DNA of 48,401 nucleotides, filler included, from Sphacelaria rigidula (Eukaryota): the NCBI GenBank assembly GCA_964200075.2. It is 3 parts of 3 records of this genome, joined end to end, with 100 filler letters (N's around TTAATTAATTAA, not from the genome) between each part and the next. Parts side by side here need not be neighbours in the genome. Positions count along the whole stretch, not along the records: positions 32,341 to 48,401 come from CAXNAA020001497.1; 2 more parts are not named here. One strand, 5' to 3'. Both the position numbers and the translations under genes were made by a program. The notes under the pieces are model-generated. The model saw nothing but the letters and a program-made list of their open reading frames with translations. It was not told the DNA's origin and did not search any database. The number at the start of each line of letters is the position of its first letter. Position 1 is the stretch's first letter. Below are positions 47,288 through 48,401 of this stretch, piece by piece.

Positions 47288-48110
47288 TCACTCGTCTTCA
47301 TCTCCGACATCCATATCTTCATCCCCCACGTCTTCTATAGCGTTTTGCGCTTGTGTAGTTTCTGCAATAGCGGACCACACATGATGCGGAAGTTTCGTGG
47401 ATGTGGGAAGCTTAGCGAATTTGCAGCTTATTGCTGCAACGTGCTCGAAGGAAATCGAGCGTACCCGTTTCCCGTCTACCATGCGATACTCGGGGGTCCA
47501 CCCTCCTCTCCCATATCTTGACCGCGGTGCGTTGGCATCTACCTTCTTTGGCATGTACCACTGAAGTTCCACCTCGTCCCCATCTACCCCCTTATTCATG
47601 GATAAAATTTTCCCGACACAGACCGACAACGGCGAGCTCTTCGGCTGCAAAAAAGCAACAAACTCTCCGACCTCCACCCTGAATAGCGGCCCCGGCGTTC
47701 TACTCAGGCCGCGCCTCCTCCCCCCCCCTCTTCGTGGGACAGGGGAAGCTCCAGTCGCTACTGCACTCCCGGCAACTCTGTCCCCCACCGTAGACGATGG
47801 ATCGCTCCTCCAAGAGTCCGAGCCGCATCACCCGTGCTATCGCGTGTACCTGAGTCCAAAGCCCCGCCATCATCATCTGTGTTGTCGTTTGACTCGGGCC
47901 TACTATACAGGGACAGATTCCATTCGAAAGGAACAGGCGACGACTTCCCGACGTCGATAACGCTTGACGCCAGTTCCGACATCAACGCCCTGTGATATCG
48001 GTTTGCCGACAACCCCTCCGGCAGCTCACCTGTGCTATTAGACGGTATATTGGCGTATAGTACGGTGCGTGCAGCCTCCATTGATGATGAGATGGAAAAG
48101 CACTGTCCTA
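47288..48110 (-). pseudogene. Frameshifted ORF ending in a BAH/SH3-like beta domain and an acidic tail; possibly transposon-encoded; may continue beyond the window
   Basis: ORFs 47758-48081 and 47288-47788 overlap in different frames. VEVGEFVAF...VCVGKILS...EVELQWY.P...GGWTPEY looks like a folded domain. Possible acceptor TTTTTCGATAG near 48110. Confidence 0.5.
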
Positions 48111-48401
48111 TCGAAAAAAATCACCGTCCGTGTGAATCACGGGAGTTCGTGTAGGCAAACGTAACGCACGGAGCGCGACTATCCATAACTCGACGTGGGT
48201 GGCCCGTGCAAGATGGTCCGCCGTACGTACAAGGGTCCCTGTTCCAGCGAGTGTAAAAATCGGTGCCTACCCTTGTCTACAGCAAATACGACAACGTTAT
48301 TCTTTTTCGCACTACCGTGACGCATGGCACTGACCAACTGGGCCAGGTCATGACTAAGACTTCTCGGTGGGGGGGTGCTTGAGTGACGCTTCACCAAGAT
48401 C

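Overview
This is eukaryotic, intron-containing, transposon-rich genomic DNA. The repeat families and gene style suggest a stramenopile such as a brown alga, but that is inference. There is no prokaryotic operon, CRISPR array, rRNA or convincing tRNA gene. The window has one 10-N gap and two 100-nt scaffold joins carrying a TTAATTAATTAA linker. Host genes that can be supported: (i) three spliced + strand exons of a PP2C/PPM phosphatase (9482-14716), whose DGHGG motif is split by a 4.1-kb intron, with the 5' and 3' exons not found; (ii) a spliced - strand P-loop NTPase with a tuzin-like layout (about 18401-19242, extending further upstream); (iii) a frameshifted - strand ORF of unknown function at the right edge. 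The rest is mostly mobile DNA: a decayed 5'-truncated APE+RT LINE plus two 3'-end fragments, all beside G-runs; a tRNA-derived SINE family with 4 copies; hAT-like and Stowaway-like MITEs with target-site duplications; several fold-back elements; Copia relics; and a Gypsy element containing a Copia that itself contains a solo-LTR-like insert. The best leads are the C-tailed LINE that appears to target G-runs, the tuzin-like ATPase and a tandem array of tRNA-like modules. No complete novel multi-gene system can be supported from this sequence alone.
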